From positions 1 to 64,000 of the IMG/VR virus record IMGVR_UViG_3300021431_004524: a stretch of DNA of 64,000 nucleotides. One strand, 5' to 3'. Below, piece after piece: positions 46,927 to 55,849 of this stretch. Origin of the DNA: a virus (taxonomy: Duplodnaviria > Caudoviricetes). The notes below the pieces were generated by a model. The model made no database searches, was not told where the DNA came from, and saw only the letters and a program-made list of their open reading frames with translations. Both the position numbers and the translations under genes were made by a program. Positions within the stretch are counted from its first letter, which is position 1. Each line of letters opens with the position of its first letter.

Positions 46927-46966
46927 TATTAATTCGTTGTTCTATCTTTATTTTGAGGTTATGACA

Positions 46967-47053
46967 GTCCCAGGACCTTGTCTACAATATGTCTACTACC
47001 AGAAATTTTTTATTTAATTAAAAATAAAAAATTAGTTTCTGGGACCTAGGTCC
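46967..47053. other. structured intergenic element with nested inverted repeats
   Basis: gtcccag/ctgggac, ccagaaa..tttctgg around an AT stem, palindrome ggacctaggtcc. Confidence 0.5.
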
Positions 47054-47094
47054 AAAAAGATAAGAAAATATATAAAAGAAAAGAAAAAGGTAAA

Positions 47095-47451
47095 ATGAAG
47101 AAGACTTCTCAGATTTACAAGTTCATTGAAGCGAACCGTTCATTGGATAAACTCATGTCTCAGAATTTGGAATATCCTATAAAGACTGCGTACAACATCG
47201 TTAAATCAAAGAAAGAGTTGGATGAAGCAATTGACTATGTTATGGAAAGGTTCGGTATCGTATGTGGCAATAATGTTGATTTTGAAAATATCTCAGATGA
47301 ACAGAACGTTATTTTAAACGGAATATTGTCACAAGAGATAGAGATAGATTTACCGGATATACCAATAAATGATATTGTTTCAAACGATAATGTAACTGTA
47401 TCAACCTCCGACATAGAAAATATAATGTTTCTCTTTGGAAAAAACGACTAA
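47095..47451 (+). CDS. hypothetical protein
   Basis: 118 aa. Confidence 0.65.
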   Translation: MKKTSQIYKFIEANRSLDKLMSQNLEYPIKTAYNIVKSKKELDEAIDYVMERFGIVCGNNVDFENISDEQNVILNGILSQEIEIDLPDIPINDIVSNDNVTVSTSDIENIMFLFGKND

Positions 47452-47528
47452 TAAATATCAGTTACAAGTACTTTTAGGTTTTGAAATGATATTTATTATA
47501 AAATAATTTGTTAAACAAAATAGAATAA

Positions 47529-50500
47529 ATGGCAAATACGAATAATAATAACGCAAGACAGACACACGTAAGTCCGGGTATATACACAAAGGAAACCGAC
47601 CTGACTTACGCATCAAAGTCTCTTGGTATTACTACTTTGGGTCTTGTTGGTGAAACCTTAAAAGGTCCCGCATTTCAGCCAATAACAATCGAAAATTGGA
47701 GACAGTACCAACAGTATTTCGGTGGAACAAGTACTGAGAAATACAGAGGAAGCCAATATCCTAAGTATGAATTACCTTATATTGCACAGTCGTATCTCAA
47801 ACAGTCAAATCAGCTTGAAGTATGCCGTGTTCTTGGTCTTTCTGGTGTTAATGCCGGACCTGCTTGGATTGTAACGGCTAAGAAAGAAAATGGAACATAT
47901 GATGATATGGTCGTGTTCGTACTTCGTTCAAGAGGTGAACACAAAAAGGCTGCTTTCTTACGCCATCCAACTGAGGAAGATAAGAAAAACGGAATTTGTA
48001 GTGATGTTTATGAGAATGACGGAATTGTGTATTATACCTCAGCAGTTTCACTTGATGTAAGCAAAACACTTGAATTCGGTAACGAATGTAGTCCAAGTCC
48101 AACGACCGAATCCGGCGACTTTAAAGTGAATGTTAATAACTACGGACGTTTTACGATTGTTGTAACCACTAATACAGGTGCTATAAAAAAATACTCCGTA
48201 TCACTTAATCCGGGTGAAAAGAACTATATAATTAATGTTCTTGGCACGAATCCTGAAATCGGTGAATCTGAGGTTTATGTTGAAGAACTTTATGATGTTG
48301 CATTGGAGCAATTAATTGAAAGAGGTGAAATTGATAGTATTAATCACATACCTACTGAATATAAACTCACATACATAGTACCTAAGTATGATGAAGTGGA
48401 TGATATTCTTACTTACGAGGAAGATTTGCTTACAAGAAAAGACGTTGGCAAACGTTTCCTTTACAGTTCATCACTTTCAAAAAATGGTAATGATGCTGCA
48501 ATTAATGTGCATGTATCTACTGATGATGGTAAGACTTGGACTGAAATGGCCGGTAGTGTAGGACATATCTATACTGTTATTCCATTCACAACTTCAGAGG
48601 GTACACGTAAATACTACTATGGTGAATACAATAGTACAGGTGATGGGTCGAATACGGAAATTCTTACTACTGATAGAACAGTTGACCCGACAAGTCATAT
48701 TTTTGATAATGCCGTTAAGGTTAGGTCTTATGAGTCGTTCTTTGTCCTTGAAGATGGTGATGTTAAACCGGTTACTCTTGATATGAACAACTATAAGGAA
48801 CAGTTCAGATATGCTTCGACACCTTGGATATTGTCAGAAATGAAGGGTGATGCTGAAAACATTGAGATTAACAGACTTTTCAGATTCCATACTATTTCTG
48901 ACGGTAATACTGCAAATACGGAAGTTAAGGTTTCTATTGAGAATATTGACCCTGAATATGGTACGTTCGATGTAATTGTACGTGATTTCTATGATACTGA
49001 TAACGCACCTGTTGTATATGAAAGATATAAGGGTGTTAATCTTATCCCTGGTGACAAGAACTATATCTCATTAAGAATCGGTTCATTCGATGAGGAATAT
49101 GAAAACATGTCTAATTACATTACTGTTGAGGTAAATGAAAATGACAAGACAAAGCAGTCAATTCCTGCCGGTTTCATGGGCTATCCGGTAAGAAATTATG
49201 AGAACGGTATTACAATACAGAATGTTTCAACAAAACCAAAAAAACCATTCTTCCAATATAATACTAATGTAGATGCCGACATAAGAATCAATAAACAGTA
49301 TTTTGGTATTTCTAATATTACCGGTATTGATGAGGATATCTTGAAGTATAAGGGCGTTGAGGCATATGATGAGGAACCAGATGGACTTACACCATGTTTC
49401 CACCTTGATTCACGTATTCTTGAAACTGCTTATAAGACGAAATACGACATTATACAAAATGTAACGATTGATGGCGTTGGCGGTTATGAATGGGTTACAG
49501 TAGGTGCTGAAAATCAGACTATGTTCGGTATCGAACCAAGAATCGGTGACTTAGAAACCATGATGGGCACAATCTATGAGGATAAGAGATACCGTAAGTT
49601 CACTCTTGCTTTCTGCGGTGGTTTCGACGGATGGGATTATTACCGTACCTCAAGAAGTAATTCAGATGACTTCAAATATACAAAATACAAGGGAAAGATT
49701 AATAGACAGAGTGGAATTGGTACAATGCTTTCTGTAATTAAAGACCCTGAGAATTATGGCTTCGGTGGAGGCGATAAGGTTTTGAACTCAGACTTCTATG
49801 CCTATCTTTCCGCTTACAGGCAGTTTGCTAATCCTAAGACAATTGACATTAACGTGTTTGCAACACCCGGTATCGATTATGTTAATCAGAATGCACTTGT
49901 CGGTGAAGTCATAACAATGATTGAAGAGGAACGTGCAGACTCAGTATATGTCGTTACGACACCTGATAAGCCTTATGGTGCAAGTGATGCTGAAGGTGAC
50001 ATGTTTACACCGTCTGATGCTGTTGATAATCTTGATGATTCTGAAATCGATAGTAATTACACTTGTTCATATTATCCTTGGTGTAAATACTTTGATGAAG
50101 AAAATAACAAATATATTTATCTGCCACCAACACGTGACGTAGTACGTAACTTTGCTTATACTGACAATACTAAGTATCCTTGGTTTGCAGCAGCAGGTTG
50201 GTATCGTGGTGAGATTGAGGACAAGGGTGTTAAGCCTAAGAAGTCTTTGAAACTCGGTGAACAGGACGTGCTCTATGCCGGACGTTTGAACTTCATTAAT
50301 ACTTTTGCAAAAGAAGGTATGAAGATTTGGGGTGATAAGAACATGCAGGTTCGTGAGAGTCAGATGAATAGGATTTCTAAGAGAAGATTGCTTATCCGTA
50401 TTAGAAAACTTTGCTCTATTGCTTGTATCGGTCTTATTTTCGACCCGAACGACAACACAACGAAGCAGTCATTTGAAAGTGCAATCACGCCAATCCTTGA

Positions 50501-50678
50501 CAATATCATGGCAAATCGTGGTATTACCGATTGGAGACTTGAAATCGATGACAGTCAAGAGGCACGTGACAGACTTGAGTTACCTGCTAAGATTTATATC
50601 AAACCACAGCCTAACCTTGAATATATAGATATTAATTTCGTTATTACACCACAAGGTACAAACTGGGACGATATTTAA
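47529..50678 (+). CDS. contractile tail sheath protein (gp18-like)
   Basis: SPGIYTKETDL, GETLKGPAFQP, INVFATPG, PWFAAAG..RG, IWGDK, RISKRRLL, IKPQPNLEYIDINF. Confidence 0.95.
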   Translation: MANTNNNNARQTHVSPGIYTKETDLTYASKSLGITTLGLVGETLKGPAFQPITIENWRQYQQYFGGTSTEKYRGSQYPKYELPYIAQSYLKQSNQLEVCRVLGLSGVNAGPAWIVTAKKENGTYDDMVVFVLRSRGEHKKAAFLRHPTEEDKKNGICSDVYENDGIVYYTSAVSLDVSKTLEFGNECSPSPTTESGDFKVNVNNYGRFTIVVTTNTGAIKKYSVSLNPGEKNYIINVLGTNPEIGESEVYVEELYDVALEQLIERGEIDSINHIPTEYKLTYIVPKYDEVDDILTYEEDLLTRKDVGKRFLYSSSLSKNGNDAAINVHVSTDDGKTWTEMAGSVGHIYTVIPFTTSEGTRKYYYGEYNSTGDGSNTEILTTDRTVDPTSHIFDNAVKVRSYESFFVLEDGDVKPVTLDMNNYKEQFRYASTPWILSEMKGDAENIEINRLFRFHTISDGNTANTEVKVSIENIDPEYGTFDVIVRDFYDTDNAPVVYERYKGVNLIPGDKNYISLRIGSFDEEYENMSNYITVEVNENDKTKQSIPAGFMGYPVRNYENGITIQNVSTKPKKPFFQYNTNVDADIRINKQYFGISNITGIDEDILKYKGVEAYDEEPDGLTPCFHLDSRILETAYKTKYDIIQNVTIDGVGGYEWVTVGAENQTMFGIEPRIGDLETMMGTIYEDKRYRKFTLAFCGGFDGWDYYRTSRSNSDDFKYTKYKGKINRQSGIGTMLSVIKDPENYGFGGGDKVLNSDFYAYLSAYRQFANPKTIDINVFATPGIDYVNQNALVGEVITMIEEERADSVYVVTTPDKPYGASDAEGDMFTPSDAVDNLDDSEIDSNYTCSYYPWCKYFDEENNKYIYLPPTRDVVRNFAYTDNTKYPWFAAAGWYRGEIEDKGVKPKKSLKLGEQDVLYAGRLNFINTFAKEGMKIWGDKNMQVRESQMNRISKRRLLIRIRKLCSIACIGLIFDPNDNTTKQSFESAITPILDNIMANRGITDWRLEIDDSQEARDRLELPAKIYIKPQPNLEYIDINFVITPQGTNWDDI

Positions 50679-50698
50679 TATTAGTCATAGAAATAAAA

Positions 50699-50735
50699 TT
50701 AAAGAGGGATTTCTTAAAGAAGTTCCTCTTTTTTA
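50699..50735 (+). terminator. intrinsic terminator after sheath
   Basis: aaagagggatttct-taa-agaagttcctctttttt. Confidence 0.75.
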
Positions 50736-50754
50736 GTTATTTTAACAGAAAAAA

Positions 50755-50786
50755 TTTGGTTATTTGGAAATAAAGTAGTAAATTTG
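50755..50786 (+). promoter_or_regulatory. Bacteroidota-type promoter of endonuclease copy 3
   Basis: TTTG-N20-TAAATTTG. Confidence 0.65.
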
Positions 50787-50846
50787 AATGTAATTTTTAA
50801 AAATCACGATTCGATTGCTATTATATCGCTGAATATTATTGCAAAT

Positions 50847-52520
50847 ATGAAAAAAATAAGGTCATTTGAGGAAACTGTTAAATTGTTCAGAGAAGTTCAC
50901 GGTTACAAATTTGAATATTATCCAGAGACATATCACGGTAGTGCATATAAGATGAAAATGCATTGTAATATTTGTGGATGTGATTTTGAACAAACCCCTA
51001 ATAAACATTTATTAGGAAGAGGATGTCCTGAATGTGGCGGGACTAAAGTTTGGGACAAAGATAAATTCGTTAAAGAAACTGAGAAAATATTTCCAAAACA
51101 ATTTTCTTTTGATGAAACAAATTATGTTAACCAAAGGACACCTCTTATTGTGACTTGTAAAAAACATGGAAATATTGAAGTTATTCCTAAAACATTTCTG
51201 AAAGGTTGTGGGTGTCCATATTGTAAAGAAGAAAAAAATAAAAAATTTGCTGATAGTTTTGAAGAGCGTGCAAGAAAAATACATCCTGTGGAGGAATGTT
51301 TGGATTACGGTGAAAGTTGTTATGTAAATATACATACACCATTGAAGATAATATGTCATAAGAAAGATGAATATGGTGTGGAACATGGTGAGTTTTGGCA
51401 AACGCCAGCACATCACCTAAGTGGTCAAGGATGTCCTAAATGTAATGGCAATTTCAAAATGACTGGTAAGGAATTTGAAATAAAATCTAAGAAAATTCAT
51501 CAAGATAAATTTACATATTTTACTGAAAAATATAATGGTTATAATGAAAATGTGGAGATTAAATGCAATACATGTGGTAAAATATTTTTTCAAACTCCAC
51601 ACAATCATTTAAAAGGTGAAGGTTGTCCATATTGTGTTGGTAATATATCTAAACCGGAAACCGATATTGCTGAATTTATTTCACAATATACATATATAGA
51701 TACAAATAATAGAAAAATATTAGACAATTCAAAGGAAATAGATATTTTAATTCCTGACAAGAAAATTGCATTTGAATATGATGGGTTGGTGTGGCATTCA
51801 GAAAAATTCGGAAAAGACCGAAATTACCATCTTAATAAAACCGAAGAATGTAAAAATAAAGGAATAAAATTATATCATATATTTGAAGATGAATGGGTAT
51901 TTAACAGAGAAATTGTAGAGTCAAGAATAAAGAATATACTTGGTGTAACAGAAAATAAAATATATGCAAGAAAATGCAGTATAAAAGAAATAAGTGATAA
52001 TGATGCAGAAATATTTTTGAATAATAATCATATACAAGGGTATTGTAAGTCAAAATATAGATACGGTTTGTTTTATAATAATGAATTAGTGTCTGTTATG
52101 ACATTTGGGCATCTTCGTAAGAATTTAGGCAGTATAGGAAATAACGACGAATATGAACTACTTAGATTCTGCAATAAGCTTGATACTACTGTAACAGGCG
52201 GTGCTTCTAGACTACTTAAGTGTTTTATAAACAAAGTACATCCAAACAGAATTATAAGTTATGCTGATAAAAGATGGAGTAATGGTAATCTTTATGAAAA
52301 GTTAGGATTTAAACATGTAAAGGATAGTCAACCTGGATATTTCTATATTATAGGACAACGCAGAGAAAATAGATTTAAATATAGAAAGGATAAACTTGTT
52401 AAAGAAGGATATGACAAAAATAAAACCGAACATGAGATAATGATTGAACGTGGAATATATAGAATATATGATTGTGGAATGATGGTTTTTGAGATGATAA
52501 TAAATAATCCCGATGAATAA
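50847..52520 (+). CDS. free-standing homing-endonuclease-like protein, copy 3 (between sheath and tube)
   Basis: same architecture: CxxC repeats, EIDILIP...AFEYDGLVWH...HIFEDEW, YARKC...SYADKRWS...RIYDCG; ATG 50847 preferred. Confidence 0.85.
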   Translation: MKKIRSFEETVKLFREVHGYKFEYYPETYHGSAYKMKMHCNICGCDFEQTPNKHLLGRGCPECGGTKVWDKDKFVKETEKIFPKQFSFDETNYVNQRTPLIVTCKKHGNIEVIPKTFLKGCGCPYCKEEKNKKFADSFEERARKIHPVEECLDYGESCYVNIHTPLKIICHKKDEYGVEHGEFWQTPAHHLSGQGCPKCNGNFKMTGKEFEIKSKKIHQDKFTYFTEKYNGYNENVEIKCNTCGKIFFQTPHNHLKGEGCPYCVGNISKPETDIAEFISQYTYIDTNNRKILDNSKEIDILIPDKKIAFEYDGLVWHSEKFGKDRNYHLNKTEECKNKGIKLYHIFEDEWVFNREIVESRIKNILGVTENKIYARKCSIKEISDNDAEIFLNNNHIQGYCKSKYRYGLFYNNELVSVMTFGHLRKNLGSIGNNDEYELLRFCNKLDTTVTGGASRLLKCFINKVHPNRIISYADKRWSNGNLYEKLGFKHVKDSQPGYFYIIGQRRENRFKYRKDKLVKEGYDKNKTEHEIMIERGIYRIYDCGMMVFEMIINNPDE

Positions 52521-52537
52521 CACATCGGGATTATTTA
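52504..52537. terminator. bidirectional terminator
   Basis: ataatcccgatg-aataaca-catcgggattat. Confidence 0.75.
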
Positions 52538-52564
52538 TTATAATTAATATTTAACTTACTCTTA

Positions 52565-53053
52565 TTAGAAACTCAAAATACAATACTGAGGACGTAATGT
52601 AAGTGTCCATGTGGCCAAAGAGTCATCATCATAGCTCAATTCACCGCCACTTGCAGATACAATCATTGCTGATTTAATAATCCATTGCGATACGGCAGTT
52701 CCGGTAGGATCCAGCATCTCTAATATCAAATCTCTTTTATATGCAGCAGCATAACCTTGACGTCCAGTAACTGATTCTGAATGAAGACGTACCCATTCCA
52801 TGATGGCTTGTGATGCTGATGGACCGATTGGGTCACGTAACTCGCATGTAATTTGTTCCCACAAGTAACGTCCAACTACCCAGCTTGAAGTATTAAGGAA
52901 TTGGATTTCTGTTTCATTTTGTGTAATTGTAGGACGTGAGCATGATGCTACCCACCATTCCTGTATTCCTAAATCAGATGGGAATCTGAGCAAAAATCGA
53001 TTTTTCCGGAGTGGCTCGTATTCAACCGGCATCTTCAAAAGTAAATCGGACAT
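52565..53053 (-). CDS. tail tube protein (gp19-like)
   Basis: EPLRKNRF, RPTI, WEQIT..LRDPIGPS, MEW, YKRDL.LEMLDPTG..V..W, GELSYD. Confidence 0.9.
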   Translation of the reverse strand: MSDLLLKMPVEYEPLRKNRFLLRFPSDLGIQEWWVASCSRPTITQNETEIQFLNTSSWVVGRYLWEQITCELRDPIGPSASQAIMEWVRLHSESVTGRQGYAAAYKRDLILEMLDPTGTAVSQWIIKSAMIVSASGGELSYDDDSLATWTLTLRPQYCILSF

Positions 53054-53138
53054 CTTGTATGTAAGTCAATTATAATTTTTATTTTTATATTCTCTTTTAA
53101 TCTTTTTCAACTATAAATATGCTAAAAAATGTTTTTTA

Positions 53139-53241
53139 TTTGTTTTTTTTTCAAAAAAATTGTAGTATTTTTGCAAATGGAAGTAATATATAATGGGATT
53201 GTGGTTTATTAAAATATGTATGGAAAAAGGAGACTGTTTGA
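53139..53241 (+). pseudogene. remnant of a fourth endonuclease-family gene (promoter + last 15 codons)
   Basis: TATTTTTG(CA) -7 box at 53166-53173; 53194-53241 reads WDCGLLKYVWKKETV-stop, matching RIWDCGLIKYIY of copy 1. Confidence 0.7.
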
Positions 53242-53254
53242 TTAGCCTCCTTTT
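53224..53254. terminator. bidirectional terminator
   Basis: aaaaggag...ctcctttt. Confidence 0.6.
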
Positions 53255-53258
53255 AATG

Positions 53259-53711
53259 TTAGTCTTCACCATAAAAAGTTGATAATTGTTCTCCTTTGTA
53301 AGCCCTTTTATAATCATGACTTGTTTCAACATTTTTTTGCTTTAACCTATTGATTTCAAATTTTGCAAAATCAATTAAACGTTTATCGCCTGGCTGTAAT
53401 GTGTCCGGGTTAACATTATACCTTTCTATAAAATCTTGCCGGCATTGATTAATAATTTGATGGCGTGTTACTGATTGATATCCAAATAGACCGAATTGTG
53501 CAGTGAGTAAACTACACATTAGTGTCATAAGTGTACCATAAGTAATATCTTCACTATGTTGTTTTATTTTATGCCAAAAGTCACTTATTTTACCTTCATA
53601 AATCTGTTGTTTTTTTCTATTTTGAATGGACATTTCATTCAAAGTTTTTATTACCGACTCCTTTACTATATTGCGGAGTTGTGATTCTGTAAGACTGATT
53701 TGTTTCTTCAT
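53259..53711 (-). CDS. hypothetical protein with N-terminal ISLTESQL tag and one hydrophobic segment
   Basis: MKKQISLTESQLRNIVKESVIKTLNE; TM-like TYGTLMTLMCSLLTAQFGLFGY. Confidence 0.7.
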   Translation of the reverse strand: MKKQISLTESQLRNIVKESVIKTLNEMSIQNRKKQQIYEGKISDFWHKIKQHSEDITYGTLMTLMCSLLTAQFGLFGYQSVTRHQIINQCRQDFIERYNVNPDTLQPGDKRLIDFAKFEINRLKQKNVETSHDYKRAYKGEQLSTFYGED

Positions 53712-54121
53712 ACTGTTTGTGTATTATTTTGTGGCTTATTAGCACTTTCTGCTGCTTTATCTACTGTTTGCCAAATTTTCTTAAGCAGTTGATAACTTTC
53801 AGAAGTTGGGTTATTTGCAAGTTTTGCAACACCTTTAAGTGCCAATACTCTTATTTGGTCAATTAAAGGTTTAATTTCAGCATCGATTGGCGATACATTC
53901 TGTGCTACCTTTTCATCTTCTGCCGACTGGAATGGTGTCGTATCAGCTGTTGGTGATGGTTGATTATTACCGAGGTTAGCCTTTGGGGGCAGTTGGTCAA
54001 CATCTGCCATAGGGTCGTTATTTTCTCCGAAGACGAGGCTTTCAACTGTCAGAGAAGGTGTTTTATCTCTGAGAATAAGTTTCATTTCCTCAATCAGATT
54101 TTTATTATCTTTTGTATTCAT
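53708..54121 (-). CDS. hypothetical protein
   Basis: 137 aa, TATTTAT 30 nt upstream. Confidence 0.7.
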   Translation of the reverse strand: MNTKDNKNLIEEMKLILRDKTPSLTVESLVFGENNDPMADVDQLPPKANLGNNQPSPTADTTPFQSAEDEKVAQNVSPIDAEIKPLIDQIRVLALKGVAKLANNPTSESYQLLKKIWQTVDKAAESANKPQNNTQTV

Positions 54122-54210
54122 ATCTTTAAAAACGTTCTTAAATTATATATAATAAATATGTGTGAAAATTAAAATTTCTGTAATTATAATATATAAAATG
54201 GATAAAGATT

Positions 54211-55197
54211 ATGGGTGATTTAGAAATATATGAAATGAGTGATGCTTGTCTGGAAGATTATTGTTATAGTTTAGATAAACTTGATGAAACTATTTGTCAT
54301 GGTATTAATAATTTAATTTATGAAGAAAAGGGTGTTAATGAAACTGTAAGATATAACTGTTTTATTTTATTTAATCAAATATTAGAGCATGCAAAAAATA
54401 CTGAACGTGTAAAAATCGAAAATTTTTACGGTGTTTTTAAAAGAAAAGGCAGTTTTAGATTTAAAATGGATATTTCTCCCAATGAAATTATAGATATAAA
54501 AGTACCAAAAGAAAAAATATTAATTTCATATACTTTTTATAATTTCAAAGATAAACAATGTAAGGATATATTTGATAAGAATGACCATAATCACACATAT
54601 GGATGTGAATGTAATTGCAATGGCATGGGTTATCTTAATATAATTGTTCTTAATTTTTATATGATAAGTGGCCATGCAGACATTTCGAAATGGGCTGATT
54701 CTATTCAGCATGGATTAAGTCATGATTTTGAAATAACGAATCGGGGAAAACCATATATTAATGATTTAAATAAAATAGGTTTGAATCTAATGAGTTCAAA
54801 CGATATATGTGTGAAGAGTATAGGATATATACTTTATGCATCTGATAAAACTGAGATAAGAGCATATGCAAATGGCTTATATGCTTATTTATCAAGTAAA
54901 AATATTATTATGCCGAAATATACTAATTTGCGACATTCTGATTTTTTTAAAATATTAAAGGAACTTAATAATTCGCTTGCTTTTATAAAGGGTAATAAGA
55001 ATAATAAAGAATTGTTAGAAAAAATAAATTTATATTTAGAAAAGTATCATATTAAATATGATAAATTAATAGAAATTGGTGAAAATACGATTAAAAAATG
55101 GAATAAGGAGGCAATGAGAACAATCAACAAATATACTAAGGATGCACAAATTAAATTTGATTATTGGACAGATGCCCCATTACCAAGATTTATTTAA
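54211..55197 (+). CDS. hypothetical protein, degenerate zincin-like motif
   Basis: IQHGLSH...TEIRAY; very AT-rich. Confidence 0.6.
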   Translation: MGDLEIYEMSDACLEDYCYSLDKLDETICHGINNLIYEEKGVNETVRYNCFILFNQILEHAKNTERVKIENFYGVFKRKGSFRFKMDISPNEIIDIKVPKEKILISYTFYNFKDKQCKDIFDKNDHNHTYGCECNCNGMGYLNIIVLNFYMISGHADISKWADSIQHGLSHDFEITNRGKPYINDLNKIGLNLMSSNDICVKSIGYILYASDKTEIRAYANGLYAYLSSKNIIMPKYTNLRHSDFFKILKELNNSLAFIKGNKNNKELLEKINLYLEKYHIKYDKLIEIGENTIKKWNKEAMRTINKYTKDAQIKFDYWTDAPLPRFI

Positions 55198-55206
55198 AGA
55201 AAAAAT

Positions 55207-55787
55207 ATGAAGCAACCAGTAAAAGGTGGAAAGAAAATAAAAAGAAAAGTAAATACTGTTAAAAACGGTAGTCACAATCCATTTCGTAAGAGGAATCATA
55301 CGCAGGAATACGGAACTTCAAAATTGGAGTATGACTTTGCACGTGATTTCTTGGATAAATTGGGATTAAAATACGTGTATCAATATGAGGCAAAAGATAT
55401 TAAGAGGTTTTTTGATTTTGCAGTTACTGCTGAAGAGAATTATCCTTACAAATATGTTTTAAAAGAGGGTATTAACAGCATTGACCAAGATGCACAATTA
55501 TTTATTCCTAATTTCATCATTGAGGTGGATGGTGACTACTGGTGACAAAATGTCATTCAAATCCATTGTTGGTTAAGGAAAACGAACTTAATCCTATGCA
55601 GAAACATAACAAGTTTGTCGATAAATTAAAGGATGAGTGGTGTGGTATGCATTGTATTCCTTTATTGAGAATATGGGAGAATGATATAAGGAAAAAACCA
55701 AAGAAAGTCATTGACATGATTTGTGAGTATTCATTGGCTGCTAGGAAAAGACAAATGATAAAGGAGAATAGGAAAAGGCCACATTAA
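55207..55787 (+). CDS. DUF559/Vsr-like nuclease interrupted by an 11-nt stop/hairpin insertion (ORFs 55207..55545 + 55542..55787)
   Basis: TSKLE..F...FDF...IIEVDGDYW | HSNP...NKFVDKLKDEW...LLRIWENDI; removing 55543-55553 restores one ORF. Confidence 0.75.
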
Positions 55788-55849
55788 ATGTTGATATTCA
55801 TTTAATTGTATATTAGGTTTATATTAAGATAAATTTTAATTGATACGAA

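Noticed and set aside
5744-53119. Canonical T4 late promoters (TATAAATA) at 5744, 22494, 53112
   Set aside because: At 5744 and 53112 they point away from the adjacent gene start and fit the sense-strand TATTTAT pattern of the opposite-strand gene. 22494 is ambiguous because the junction is divergent.
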